Source: a virus
Virus genome (UHGV): UHGV-1366828
Strand: one strand, 5' to 3'
DNA length: 64,000 bases
This document shows, in pieces, positions 56,520 through 64,000 of this stretch. The notes beneath the pieces are model-generated. The model worked only from the letters and a program-made list of their open reading frames with translations. It ran no database searches and was not told where the DNA came from. Position numbers and translations under genes: made by a program. Position 1 is the stretch's first letter. Each line of letters begins with the position of its first letter.

Positions 56520-56876
56520 TTACATATAAATTGTACTGTCGAAATTCAGCCCTTTGCTCAGAATGGAAGAGATAAGAAACTTACGAGCAAACTCTCCTCG
56601 TTCTTCTGTCCAAGAATCATCCCTCTGAAAAACTTCGACTTCAATCGGAGGAGGGAACATCTGACGAGCTATTGTAGCAACTCTTTCTCCGAGAAGGTCT
56701 CCCTCCAGAATGTTGCCGTCCCTATCTTTCTTCTCTGACTCAGAAGGGTAACTAAAGGAGATATGAAACGGCTCGCCCTTATCGTCAGTGTCGAACTTGT
56801 TCATAACAACACCTAGAGTAGCAAACATAACAAGAAACAGGTTGGTAGAAATAATGGATTTAGGACGATTGGACAT
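56520..56876 (-). CDS. secreted/membrane-anchored protein (N-terminal signal/TM)
   Basis: 118 aa; 'IISTNLFLVMFATLGVVM' hydrophobic N-terminus. Confidence 0.4.
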   Translation of the reverse strand: MSNRPKSIISTNLFLVMFATLGVVMNKFDTDDKGEPFHISFSYPSESEKKDRDGNILEGDLLGERVATIARQMFPPPIEVEVFQRDDSWTEERGEFARKFLISSILSKGLNFDSTIYM

Positions 56877-56891
56877 TGTATGCTCCTCCTT

Positions 56892-57860
56892 TTATTTTCT
56901 TCCGCGTTTCCAGCCGTCGGAAAGATAATTATCTAGCTCTATAGAATCTATCATCTTTATTACACCGTCTCTATTTACAGTTAATTTTCCCAGATGAGCT
57001 AATCTGTTTTTATTTTTTGCCTCTTCAGAATGTGCCTTTCCAAGAAACGTCCCTTGATGAGTCTCATAGTATTTTTTAATACTTTCTCGCTGCCTCTTAA
57101 TACTTTCTAATGAATGAGTTTTACCAGTATTTGTTTCTGAGAGTTTTTTTATATATTCTGGGGAAGTGTAACTGCCGTTCTGCTTTCTTGTCTCGGAAGC
57201 TTTAGCACATTTTCTCTTCGCCTCAATACTGTGTTTAAAAAGCCTGCCTAATTCAAATCCCTCTGATAAATACATTGCAACTTCATCCACCGGTACCATA
57301 TAGTCTTTCTGGCCTTTATGAACCCAACGTCTGCCTTTTGTCGGAGAACCATATTCTAGGATTCTATTCCTTGAAGCATCTCGCATTCTAGTAAGAGTTT
57401 CTTCGGATACTTTTATTCCCTTTCTGTGATTAGGAGCAGCTTCTATTGCCTCTTCATATAAAACGGAATAATCGTTTCTTTCATATATGCATCTAACAGC
57501 TTCTTCGTCTTCGACAGAAAAGGTGTGCCCCGACATAAGAAATAAACTATAAAGATTCCAGTATCTATATCGTCCTTTTGTACATCCACTAAGATAAAGA
57601 TGAGCTAGAAGATGGTCTTTGAAATAGAGTGTTACAATATTTGCTTTGCTGTTGTCTACTTTCTGCTTAGTATTGATAAAGTAATGAACGGGTATTATGT
57701 GATGATTATTTGTTCTGAATTGTTCTTTTACTGAACAATTATTACTAGTTACTAGTTCAAGATACTTTTGAAAATATTCATTCTCTATGAAATAGCCTGT
57801 TGAAAGTAATTTTTCTTTAAGTTCCAATTTATATTTCCTCCCGTGCCAAATTATATTCAC
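56892..57860 (-). CDS. HNH homing endonuclease with NUMOD3-like C-terminal repeats
   Basis: 322 aa; 'NNHHIIPVHYF...KANIVTLYFKDHLLAHLYL' HNH core; C-terminal 'GKTHSLESIKRQRESIK' and 'GKAHSEEAKNKNRLAH' repeats. Confidence 0.65.
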   Translation of the reverse strand: MNIIWHGRKYKLELKEKLLSTGYFIENEYFQKYLELVTSNNCSVKEQFRTNNHHIIPVHYFINTKQKVDNSKANIVTLYFKDHLLAHLYLSGCTKGRYRYWNLYSLFLMSGHTFSVEDEEAVRCIYERNDYSVLYEEAIEAAPNHRKGIKVSEETLTRMRDASRNRILEYGSPTKGRRWVHKGQKDYMVPVDEVAMYLSEGFELGRLFKHSIEAKRKCAKASETRKQNGSYTSPEYIKKLSETNTGKTHSLESIKRQRESIKKYYETHQGTFLGKAHSEEAKNKNRLAHLGKLTVNRDGVIKMIDSIELDNYLSDGWKRGRK

Positions 57861-57911
57861 CCCGGTGTGAGTGGATTGTTGTTATAATTTAGCACGGGGT
57901 TCAGAGGATAT

Positions 57912-58862
57912 TTAATTCACGGTTTTTAACTGTGAATAGAATGCATCCAGAATGGGGTGACCATTCATAATTTTATCCCAGTTATTTTCCCTATAACTTT
58001 CGGTGTTACGGATGGGAGAAGTGTGGCACACAAAGTCAGAAGCGGCGTTAATGACGCCCCAGGCGGTTCCTTCAAACTTCGTAATGTCAGGCGCCTTCAA
58101 GCAATTGAAAAACGCATTCTTCATTGTTTCAACATTCTTAATCTTCCGAGCTGTATCCTTTTCATAATTGACAGGGAAGATACTATCGAAAATAAACTCT
58201 GTTGTTGCTTCATCAACCTTGGTGTCGGAAAGAATACGAGCTTCGTCACTCAGGCACTCCGTATAACGGGCAGCAAGTTTAAGGACACGCTGTGCTTCGA
58301 GAATTTTATCACTCATATTTCCAATGTGACGAGTGGACCATTTACGAGAAGCAGTACTGAGGGCAAGATTTAAAGTATTGTTACAACAGACACGTGTGTT
58401 TGTCATGCAAACCTTAACCGACCCGGTACCGTCATGCGTGTTAGTGAAACAGATGTAAGTGTCGAACTTATCATCAAGAATGTACTTCTCAGGAAGCTTG
58501 GCAAGAAGCCAAACACGACGACCATCGTTCAGGCTACCTGCCGTTTCATATCGGACATCTCCTGCTACAAGCTCGTCTGTGAAGCTGAAGGCCTCACGAT
58601 TCTGGACGATGGAATAACGACCAGACACAATACCGAGAGTGCTGTTGTCAGAGCTACGAGAGGTACGGAAGTACTTCGGGATCTGGATACCATTCTCATT
58701 GAAGATAGGCTTCTTCTCCACTTCCCAATCAAGCCCCGCAATCTTCAGGGCTTCTTCACTGGTCAGGGCTTCTTCAACAGCAGTGCCAAGACCGTGCCAA
58801 GGGACAAAACGACCGTTCTCCTCATTAGAAGTATAGAACATGGATTCGACAAGAGCAGGCAT
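57912..58862 (-). CDS. DUF932-like (phage/plasmid-related) protein
   Basis: 316 aa; 'FVPWHGLGT', 'RVWLLAKLP', 'CFTNTHDGTGSVKV' resemble the DUF932/TIGR03299 family; GC-richer composition. Confidence 0.5.
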   Translation of the reverse strand: MPALVESMFYTSNEENGRFVPWHGLGTAVEEALTSEEALKIAGLDWEVEKKPIFNENGIQIPKYFRTSRSSDNSTLGIVSGRYSIVQNREAFSFTDELVAGDVRYETAGSLNDGRRVWLLAKLPEKYILDDKFDTYICFTNTHDGTGSVKVCMTNTRVCCNNTLNLALSTASRKWSTRHIGNMSDKILEAQRVLKLAARYTECLSDEARILSDTKVDEATTEFIFDSIFPVNYEKDTARKIKNVETMKNAFFNCLKAPDITKFEGTAWGVINAASDFVCHTSPIRNTESYRENNWDKIMNGHPILDAFYSQLKTVN

Positions 58863-58931
58863 TTTTGTATCTCCTTTACAAAATATTTTTTATTGATTAT
58901 AGTCTGATTATATTATGTCGTAAGGGTGAAA

Positions 58932-59255
58932 TCAACTAATATAAGTGTTAACAAGTTTGTCGCACACCATCCGGACGATATCTTCGTCTGTGTGAAAACA
59001 ATATGTATGATGATGAAGGCCCGGGAGCTTCTTATAAGTTTCCTCAAGCATGTTGCGGAACTTGTCTGCCTCGACGAAATCGAGAAACCACCCCTGCCGA
59101 TGTTCGAAGGATCCGTCAACGGGAGATTCCCAAACACAAACCACCAGCCACATATCATTGGCTCGGGAAGCAAGGTCTTTCAGAAGAGCCCTATTGTACT
59201 CTCTTCTCTTCTGGAGCTGTTCGTTGTCTTTCTGAAACTGGTCGTCGGTGTACAT
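58932..59255 (-). CDS. hypothetical protein
   Basis: 107 aa; chosen over four overlapping alternative-frame/antisense ORFs because of orientation and non-repetitive protein-like sequence. Confidence 0.35.
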   Translation of the reverse strand: MYTDDQFQKDNEQLQKRREYNRALLKDLASRANDMWLVVCVWESPVDGSFEHRQGWFLDFVEADKFRNMLEETYKKLPGLHHHTYCFHTDEDIVRMVCDKLVNTYIS

Positions 59256-59361
59256 GTTGTGTACCTCCTGTGTAATTTATTTTACACTTACATTATAAAA
59301 TATTGTTAAAGGGATTTCAACTAACGCTTATTTTACTTTTCTGTTCCCTTTTTGACAGTGT

Positions 59362-60126
59362 TTATTGTAATTCATTGACGGCATCCTTTCCCGTAATCAG
59401 CTCTGAATATGGAAGTGTTTCAATCCAGTCACAGAACGTATGCCACTCGTCGAGCTTGTGGTTCCGAAGAGACTTGTATATGTTTGCCAAAACCTTGTAG
59501 TTCATCATAACCGTACGCTTCTGGTTGTAAGAGCTCGGAAGAAGCTGGATGAGCTGCCACCAGTATTTCTTGTCCATTGTTTGCAAATATAAGTTTCGGT
59601 ATTGATTGAGTGTCTGAATTGTGCGATGTATAAGCCATATAGCATTAGGAGGTTCCATAGCATCTACACTAGCATCTACACTTTCGGCTAAAGGCTTTTC
59701 TCTTGCAATTAAATGCTCATGACTAAAATCATCCAGTGTAAACTCCTTATCAGCAATCCTGTGCATCAAGCTGCAAGAGTTTGTAACAATGTCTATTTTA
59801 TGAGTGTCAAACTCCTTCCACCAATACAGCGGCGCCGTAATATCAAGGTACACGGTAATCATCTGCATAAACTTGCGATTGTTTGTGTCGGTATTGCGGA
59901 GAAGCATCATGAGGTCGAGATCCTTGGGACCGATACAGAAAGCTGAATCATCCGTATTTAGCCTTGGACAATACTTACGATGATCGAGATAACAGTAACC
60001 AAACTCAGTTCCGTTTGGGCACATGCCGCTGTCACTCTTCCCCCAAGAGATCTTTGAATACCGCATTTCACGAATAGCTGCTTCCCAGCCTACAACCTCT
60101 GTGTTTTCAATATTCAGCATCATCAA
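59362..60126 (-). CDS. divergent ThyX-like protein, paralog 2
   Basis: 254 aa; 'VMMNYKVLANIYKSLRNHKLDEWHTFCDWIETLPYSELITGK' and 'SCSLMHRIADKEF' parallel paralog 1. Confidence 0.35.
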   Translation of the reverse strand: MMMLNIENTEVVGWEAAIREMRYSKISWGKSDSGMCPNGTEFGYCYLDHRKYCPRLNTDDSAFCIGPKDLDLMMLLRNTDTNNRKFMQMITVYLDITAPLYWWKEFDTHKIDIVTNSCSLMHRIADKEFTLDDFSHEHLIAREKPLAESVDASVDAMEPPNAIWLIHRTIQTLNQYRNLYLQTMDKKYWWQLIQLLPSSYNQKRTVMMNYKVLANIYKSLRNHKLDEWHTFCDWIETLPYSELITGKDAVNELQ

Positions 60127-60291
60127 TATTCTCTATATAGCAGTTGGTAGCCAAGCTCCTTAAGAACCTTACACGCGCCTTCGACATTGTAGTCATTTAC
60201 AATAATATCAAGAACGCGCCTTCCGTTTTCATAAGCTTTGATCTCGCTATTGCCAATATATGCTTCTGTAATCTCAAAGGTCTTATTCATT
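60123..60291 (-). CDS. hypothetical small protein (55 aa)
   Basis: ATG 60291; stop TGA overlaps the downstream gene start (ATGA at 60123-60126). Confidence 0.25.
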
Positions 60292-60344
60292 ATTATTCTC
60301 CTTTTCGGGTTATTATTGGGGGCTGGAGATTGTCACAACCGATT

Positions 60345-60617
60345 TTAGCATTTTTCGGCCTCCTCCTTGCAGGCTCCATATGCTTCCCGCATCCAGTACG
60401 TTGTACCTTCCTCTTCCGGAACAGAGATTGTCAAAATACCTTTATAAGTCTCCGGATGATTCTTCATATACTGAAGCCGATAGATTCCTACCTTACATTC
60501 TATAGGAGTCTTACAAGTGTAATGCTCTCCGTCTGCAAACAGAATCTGAAAAGCACCAAAATTGTTGGAAAACTTACGGGCAGTGTTGATCATAAGGTCC
60601 ATGTTGATGTTGTTCAT
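60345..60617 (-). CDS. hypothetical protein
   Basis: 90 aa minus ORF preferred over the antisense + ORF 60144..60626. Confidence 0.3.
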   Translation of the reverse strand: MNNINMDLMINTARKFSNNFGAFQILFADGEHYTCKTPIECKVGIYRLQYMKNHPETYKGILTISVPEEEGTTYWMREAYGACKEEAEKC

Positions 60618-60665
60618 TTTGTATAATTCTCCTTCAAAATTTTTTCTTGTTAACTTCTTCTTAGG

Positions 60666-60920
60666 TTAGTCAATGTGTTCGGCGACAACAGAGCAAGCAA
60701 GGTGATATTCTGCTTTGCTTCTCGGCTGCCACGGAACATACCAGTAATCATCTTCACCTGTACGGAAGATATTATCAGTTTTAATGCCCTCTTGTTCTAG
60801 ATGCTTCTTGCAGAGTTCAGCATTATACCGAAACTTGAATGCAGTGTCACGCCATTTCATCGTGTGTCCTCCACTGTAGTATATTTCTTTATCGCCTACA
60901 GCACAATTGTATAATAACAC
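60666..60920 (-). CDS. hypothetical protein
   Basis: 84 aa ORF. Confidence 0.3.
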   Translation of the reverse strand: MLLYNCAVGDKEIYYSGGHTMKWRDTAFKFRYNAELCKKHLEQEGIKTDNIFRTGEDDYWYVPWQPRSKAEYHLACSVVAEHID

Positions 60921-60985
60921 TTAATATAAATCAACTAATAAAAAAAGCTGCCGAATTTCTTCGACAGCAATTAACATATAATGTG

Positions 60986-61327
60986 TTATTTTTCTTTGTC
61001 TTCAAGAACCCAAATATCTCCACGACGTTCTATAACAGTATATTTTTCATAAACATCTTCCATGCCCACTGATTTATCAATCAAACACTCATATTGATTA
61101 TGTGCGTTTGCCTTCCTGTCCTTGTCCATATTAACTCCAACAACAATTGAAAGTGCAAGGAGTGTGACAGTAAATATTCCATATAAAACACATTGTTTAG
61201 TGTCAGTAGATAGCAGCAGATTTACTGTGTTTACAATTGCCCCTATCATTAGAAAAATTAAGGCTACAAGTAACAGTGTAGAATTTTCTGACACTTCCGT
61301 AACATTAAGAATTGTTATTCCGTCCAT
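60986..61327 (-). CDS. membrane protein (two TM helices)
   Basis: Start at internal ATG 61327 (AAGGAG 12 nt upstream) rather than 61435; 'LLLVALIFLMIGAIV' and 'VLYGIFTVTLLALSIVVGV'. Confidence 0.4.
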   Translation of the reverse strand: MDGITILNVTEVSENSTLLLVALIFLMIGAIVNTVNLLLSTDTKQCVLYGIFTVTLLALSIVVGVNMDKDRKANAHNQYECLIDKSVGMEDVYEKYTVIERRGDIWVLEDKEK

Positions 61328-61331
61328 ACCG

Positions 61332-61583
61332 TTACTTCGCTCCTTTATACCATCGAATAGCTTTGAACATAATTTCTGAAAATGAATAACAAACTCCGAA
61401 TATATTGCCTTCGCTGTCATTTGCTGACCAAACAAACATCGAAGGCTTTACATATTGAATTGTTATGTTGTTATGAGAAGTGCTCTCTGTTCTGTAGACA
61501 CGTATTCTGTTTGGCTCTCTAGTGGTGCACCAGGGAATATTACTCTTCGTAAGCAGGCACGAAAGAGAATCAAGATTACCCAT
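61332..61583 (-). CDS. hypothetical protein
   Basis: 83 aa ORF abutting the dUTPase gene. Confidence 0.3.
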   Translation of the reverse strand: MGNLDSLSCLLTKSNIPWCTTREPNRIRVYRTESTSHNNITIQYVKPSMFVWSANDSEGNIFGVCYSFSEIMFKAIRWYKGAK

Positions 61584-61585
61584 AT

Positions 61586-62326
61586 TTAAACCCCCGAGCT
61601 TCCAAAACCACCGGCACCTCGGTCAGTGTCATCGAGATTGTCTACTTCAATAAGCTCTGTTGTGATACAAGGAAGGATTGTAAACTGAGCAATACGGTCA
61701 CCATGATGAATGACCTGAGGCTCGTCACTGTCGTTCCGAAGAACAACCATCCATTCCCCTCGATAGTCACAGTCAATTATTCCGGTACTATTTGCAAGAC
61801 GAAGGCCTCGCTTACAGCCCATGCCGCTACGAGCATAAACAGCAGCAAAATATCCCTTCGGAATAGCTGTTGTAAAACCAGTGTGAAAAGAGAAAGAGCC
61901 ATGAGGAGGAACAGTTTCAGCAAGAGCTGCACTAGAACCCAGGTCAGCGTAAATGTCAAAACACGCATCTGTTTCATGCGCCTTTGTGGGAATTGTTGCT
62001 GTATTTGAACACTTCTTAATATGCATACTAACAAGAGGAGACACTTCATTTGTTATGTACTTAGTTATATATGACATAAACCCTGTTTCCAGATCGTCTA
62101 CAGCATCTTCATTCTTGTTAGCCTGATATCTCTTTCGATATTCAGCAACTGTGCAATGATTTGCGCTAGAATACTGTTCCGGAAGTACTGCACCATCAAA
62201 CTCCCAGTTACAGTTATCACAGATCCAAAAAGAATCCAACGTAGGTTCTCCACAGATAGGACACTTAACAATAGTGTACCCATACTTCTGAAATTCTTCA
62301 GTTTTCTTCAGCTCTTCAACTGTCAT
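61586..62326 (-). CDS. dut: dUTP diphosphatase with N-terminal zinc-ribbon extension
   Basis: 246 aa; N-terminal 'CPICGEP...CDNCNW'; dUTPase motifs 'ACFDIYAD', 'RSG', 'GIIDCDYRGEWMVVLRN', 'RIAQ', C-terminal 'RGAGGFGSSG'. Confidence 0.85.
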   Translation of the reverse strand: MTVEELKKTEEFQKYGYTIVKCPICGEPTLDSFWICDNCNWEFDGAVLPEQYSSANHCTVAEYRKRYQANKNEDAVDDLETGFMSYITKYITNEVSPLVSMHIKKCSNTATIPTKAHETDACFDIYADLGSSAALAETVPPHGSFSFHTGFTTAIPKGYFAAVYARSGMGCKRGLRLANSTGIIDCDYRGEWMVVLRNDSDEPQVIHHGDRIAQFTILPCITTELIEVDNLDDTDRGAGGFGSSGV

Positions 62327-62341
62327 CTTTATACCCCTTTC

Positions 62342-62725
62342 TTATTCTGTTGCTGGAAGCTCGTCTACATATTCAAGTGCTTTCTTCCCAGTAAACTCTC
62401 TTAAAGGCCTGTGGTAGAAAGTTACAATAATAGGCTCTCCTTCGGGACTTCTGTGATATACAACATACTCTTCTGTTTTAGTGTTGTACTTAATGTACGC
62501 CTGTTGCCCTTTATTATCAACAGCTACATACCCAAGAATACTTCTGTAATCAACACGACTATTTGCAAGGCGATCTGCTGCCTGCTCATAACTTTCTTCT
62601 GTCATGTGTTTACCAAATTCTTTTTGGTCTACAACATGTTTTTGATATTTCTTTGATCTTACTGAAGGGCTAAGAAATTTTTCCTCCAAATCAAAGTCCT
62701 CTGTAGTTAATCGTGTAAACTTCAT
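62342..62725 (-). CDS. hypothetical protein
   Basis: 127 aa ORF. Confidence 0.35.
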   Translation of the reverse strand: MKFTRLTTEDFDLEEKFLSPSVRSKKYQKHVVDQKEFGKHMTEESYEQAADRLANSRVDYRSILGYVAVDNKGQQAYIKYNTKTEEYVVYHRSPEGEPIIVTFYHRPLREFTGKKALEYVDELPATE

Positions 62726-62727
62726 AA

Positions 62728-63132
62728 TTAACCTTTCAACAAAGAATAGTCTGGCATAGGTGTTCTTACATCAATCTTCTTCTCTGAATTATTTCTGTTC
62801 CACTCAATAAGAAGAACTTCCCAGTTTGTTTTTGTGGGCTCATCTTCAGAAGGGAGGGCTAAGAATGCACAAAGTTCTTTTCTGTCACTTGAATTAAGAA
62901 CCCCTTCTTTTCCCTGATGATGAAAATATTCAGGAGACGTTATCTTAATGCAGGTGTGAAAACTTCCTCCCTTACTATTTGAATCCCATAGGTGGAAGTG
63001 CGGAATGTTTCCTGGGTCATCGGTGTTAACAAAAGCGGTGTATCTGTTAAACTTACCGATTTGTGCCATCTCATTAAGGACTTGGTCATCGGAAATAGTT
63101 TTCAGTAATTCAAACTCTTTTTCAAAATTCAT
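62728..63132 (-). CDS. hypothetical protein
   Basis: 134 aa ORF. Confidence 0.35.
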   Translation of the reverse strand: MNFEKEFELLKTISDDQVLNEMAQIGKFNRYTAFVNTDDPGNIPHFHLWDSNSKGGSFHTCIKITSPEYFHHQGKEGVLNSSDRKELCAFLALPSEDEPTKTNWEVLLIEWNRNNSEKKIDVRTPMPDYSLLKG

Positions 63133-63161
63133 TGTTTTATTCTCATGTTATCTATCTTTTA

Positions 63162-63238
63162 TGGTACTCGGTACTGGGCTTGAACCAGCGACCCCATGCT
63201 TGTAAGGCATGTGCTCTAACCAGCTGAGCTAACCGAGT
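63162..63238 (-). tRNA. tRNA-Val (anticodon UAC), CCA encoded
   Basis: Minus strand ACTCGGT-TA-GCTC-AGCTGGTTA-GAGC-A-CATGC-CTTACAA-GCATG-GGGTC-GCTGG-TTCAAGC-CCAGT-ACCGAGT-A-CCA. Perfect 7 bp acceptor and 5 bp anticodon stem; T-stem 5 bp including one G-U; canonical D and T loops. Confidence 0.75.
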
Positions 63239-63296
63239 ATATTATCATTATATAGTAAAGTGGCAGATGAAATCAACACCCGCCACTTATTTTGTT

Positions 63297-63383
63297 TGGT
63301 GGGCCGAGCTGGAATCGAACCAGCCGAGCATTTAAGCACCTGATTTACAGTCAGGTCCGCTACCTTCTACGGAATACCGGCCC
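63297..63383 (-). tRNA. type II (long variable arm) tRNA, most likely tRNA-Tyr (anticodon GUA), CCA encoded
   Basis: Minus strand GGGCCGG...CCTGA-CTGTAAA-TCAGG-(14 nt variable arm)-GCTGG-TTCGATT-CCAGC-TCGGCCC-A-CCA. Anticodon and T arms perfect; D-arm register ambiguous by eye. Confidence 0.6.
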
Positions 63384-63415
63384 ATATAAAATGGTGGGCA
63401 GTATGGGACTTAAAA

Positions 63416-63972
63416 TTATTCTGCGAATGTATATACAAAATAATCTCTATCTACATGCCCTTGATGAATCTTATCTAGAAGTTCATCTATTGGATAATAC
63501 TCTTTTAACTGCTCTTTAATCTTTTCAATGTCTGAGTAAAACAATTCTTCAAACTCATACCCTGATGCTTCAAAAGATTCTCTTATACAATAATCTTTGC
63601 CACTGGGAATTCCCTTAATCTCTACTATCTTATTTCCTATACTAAAATCACAAATAAAAGTTTTTGCCCATCTGTTTTCTCTTACTGCAGGAACTCTTAT
63701 ATTTTCCATTTCAAATTGAATGTGATTATGAAGTAAATAAGGATATTAGCCTGTTTTGCTATTTCTGCAGAAGTTTCTTTCGTCTTACCTTTTCTATGAT
63801 GAATTGAATATTCTGCAAGTCTATTGAAGTCTTTTCGATCTGGATTTTCTTTGCATCTCACTTCATGCTGTTTAAGAGAATTTATGCTATGACATTCTTT
63901 GTTACAATATCTACAATACTGAGTAGTTAGCTTATTGAACTCAGATTTAAAAGCTTGCTTATTTGTTGGCAT
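63416..63972 (-). pseudogene. fragmented (frameshifted) homing-endonuclease-like gene: C2H2 zinc finger + NUMOD3-like segment (63697..63972) and Vsr/PD-(D/E)xK-like nuclease segment (63416..63709)
   Basis: Two ORFs in different frames overlapping by 13 nt. 'CRYCNKECHSINSLKQHEVRC' and 'HHRKGKTKETSAEIAK', then 'ICDFSIGNKIVEIKG...SGYEFEELFYSD', which resembles the nuclease core of the 470/500 aa homing-endonuclease-like ORFs. Confidence 0.4.
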
Positions 63973-64000
63973 ACTATATTATACCTTGTTGAGTTAATTG

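Noticed and set aside
58913-59309. Cluster of five overlapping ORFs on both strands (58913..59173 -, 58926..59309 +, 59003..59275 +, 59050..59235 +, 58932..59255 -)
   Set aside because: Locally GC-rich DNA leaves several frames open. Only the 107 aa minus-strand ORF (58932..59255) matches the orientation and has a non-repetitive protein-like sequence. The rest are treated as shadows.
1-64000. CRISPR array, integrase/attachment site, lysogeny repressor
   Set aside because: No direct-repeat/spacer periodicity and no tyrosine or serine recombinase motifs seen in any ORF. The window gives no support for a prophage or CRISPR locus.

Overview
This 64 kb window looks like one contiguous arm of a large, probably virulent, tailed dsDNA phage (Caudoviricetes). 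Every gene I can support is on the minus strand. Integrase, repressor and CRISPR are not visible. Low GC, an endolysin with CHAP and SH3b-like domains, a LysM-like tail protein and a tail-associated peptidoglycan hydrolase point to a low-GC Gram-positive host; this is inference from the sequence only.

Reading 5' to 3' on the minus strand (high to low coordinates), the window contains:
- a fragmented Vsr-like homing endonuclease gene, then tRNA-Tyr(GUA) and tRNA-Val(UAC);
- an early / nucleotide-metabolism block with dUTPase (Zn-ribbon fusion), two divergent ThyX-like paralogs, serine hydroxymethyltransferase, a DUF932-like protein, an HNH homing endonuclease, an AT-hook/Zn-ribbon protein, and four tandem ~72 aa paralogs;
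- a lysis cassette with a third membrane protein, a CHAP + lysozyme-like + SH3b endolysin, and two holin-like proteins;
- a block of acidic proteins;
- a terminase large subunit gene split at its Walker B motif by what appears to be a naturally split mini-intein;
- portal, a protease/scaffold-like protein, a GIY-YIG homing endonuclease, and the major capsid protein;
- two tandem large homing-endonuclease-like paralogs;
- an accessory cluster inside the morphogenesis module: a QueH-family epoxyqueuosine-reductase homolog, a small protein, a KNTase-like nucleotidyltransferase, a class I SAM methyltransferase and a SWIM zinc-finger protein;
- tail fibre proteins, putative sheath and tube, tape measure, baseplate-region proteins, and a tail lysin with lysozyme-like and NlpC/P60 domains;
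- a giant collagen-like tail fibre ORF of more than 1,470 aa that runs off the left edge of the window and is absent from the supplied ORF track.

The items I rate most interesting are the split-intein terminase, the QueH/nucleotidyltransferase/methyltransferase/SWIM cluster, a shared N-terminal ~20 aa motif on several proteins (a candidate virion-packaging signal), and the phage-encoded folate/thymidylate module with the two ThyX-like paralogs.
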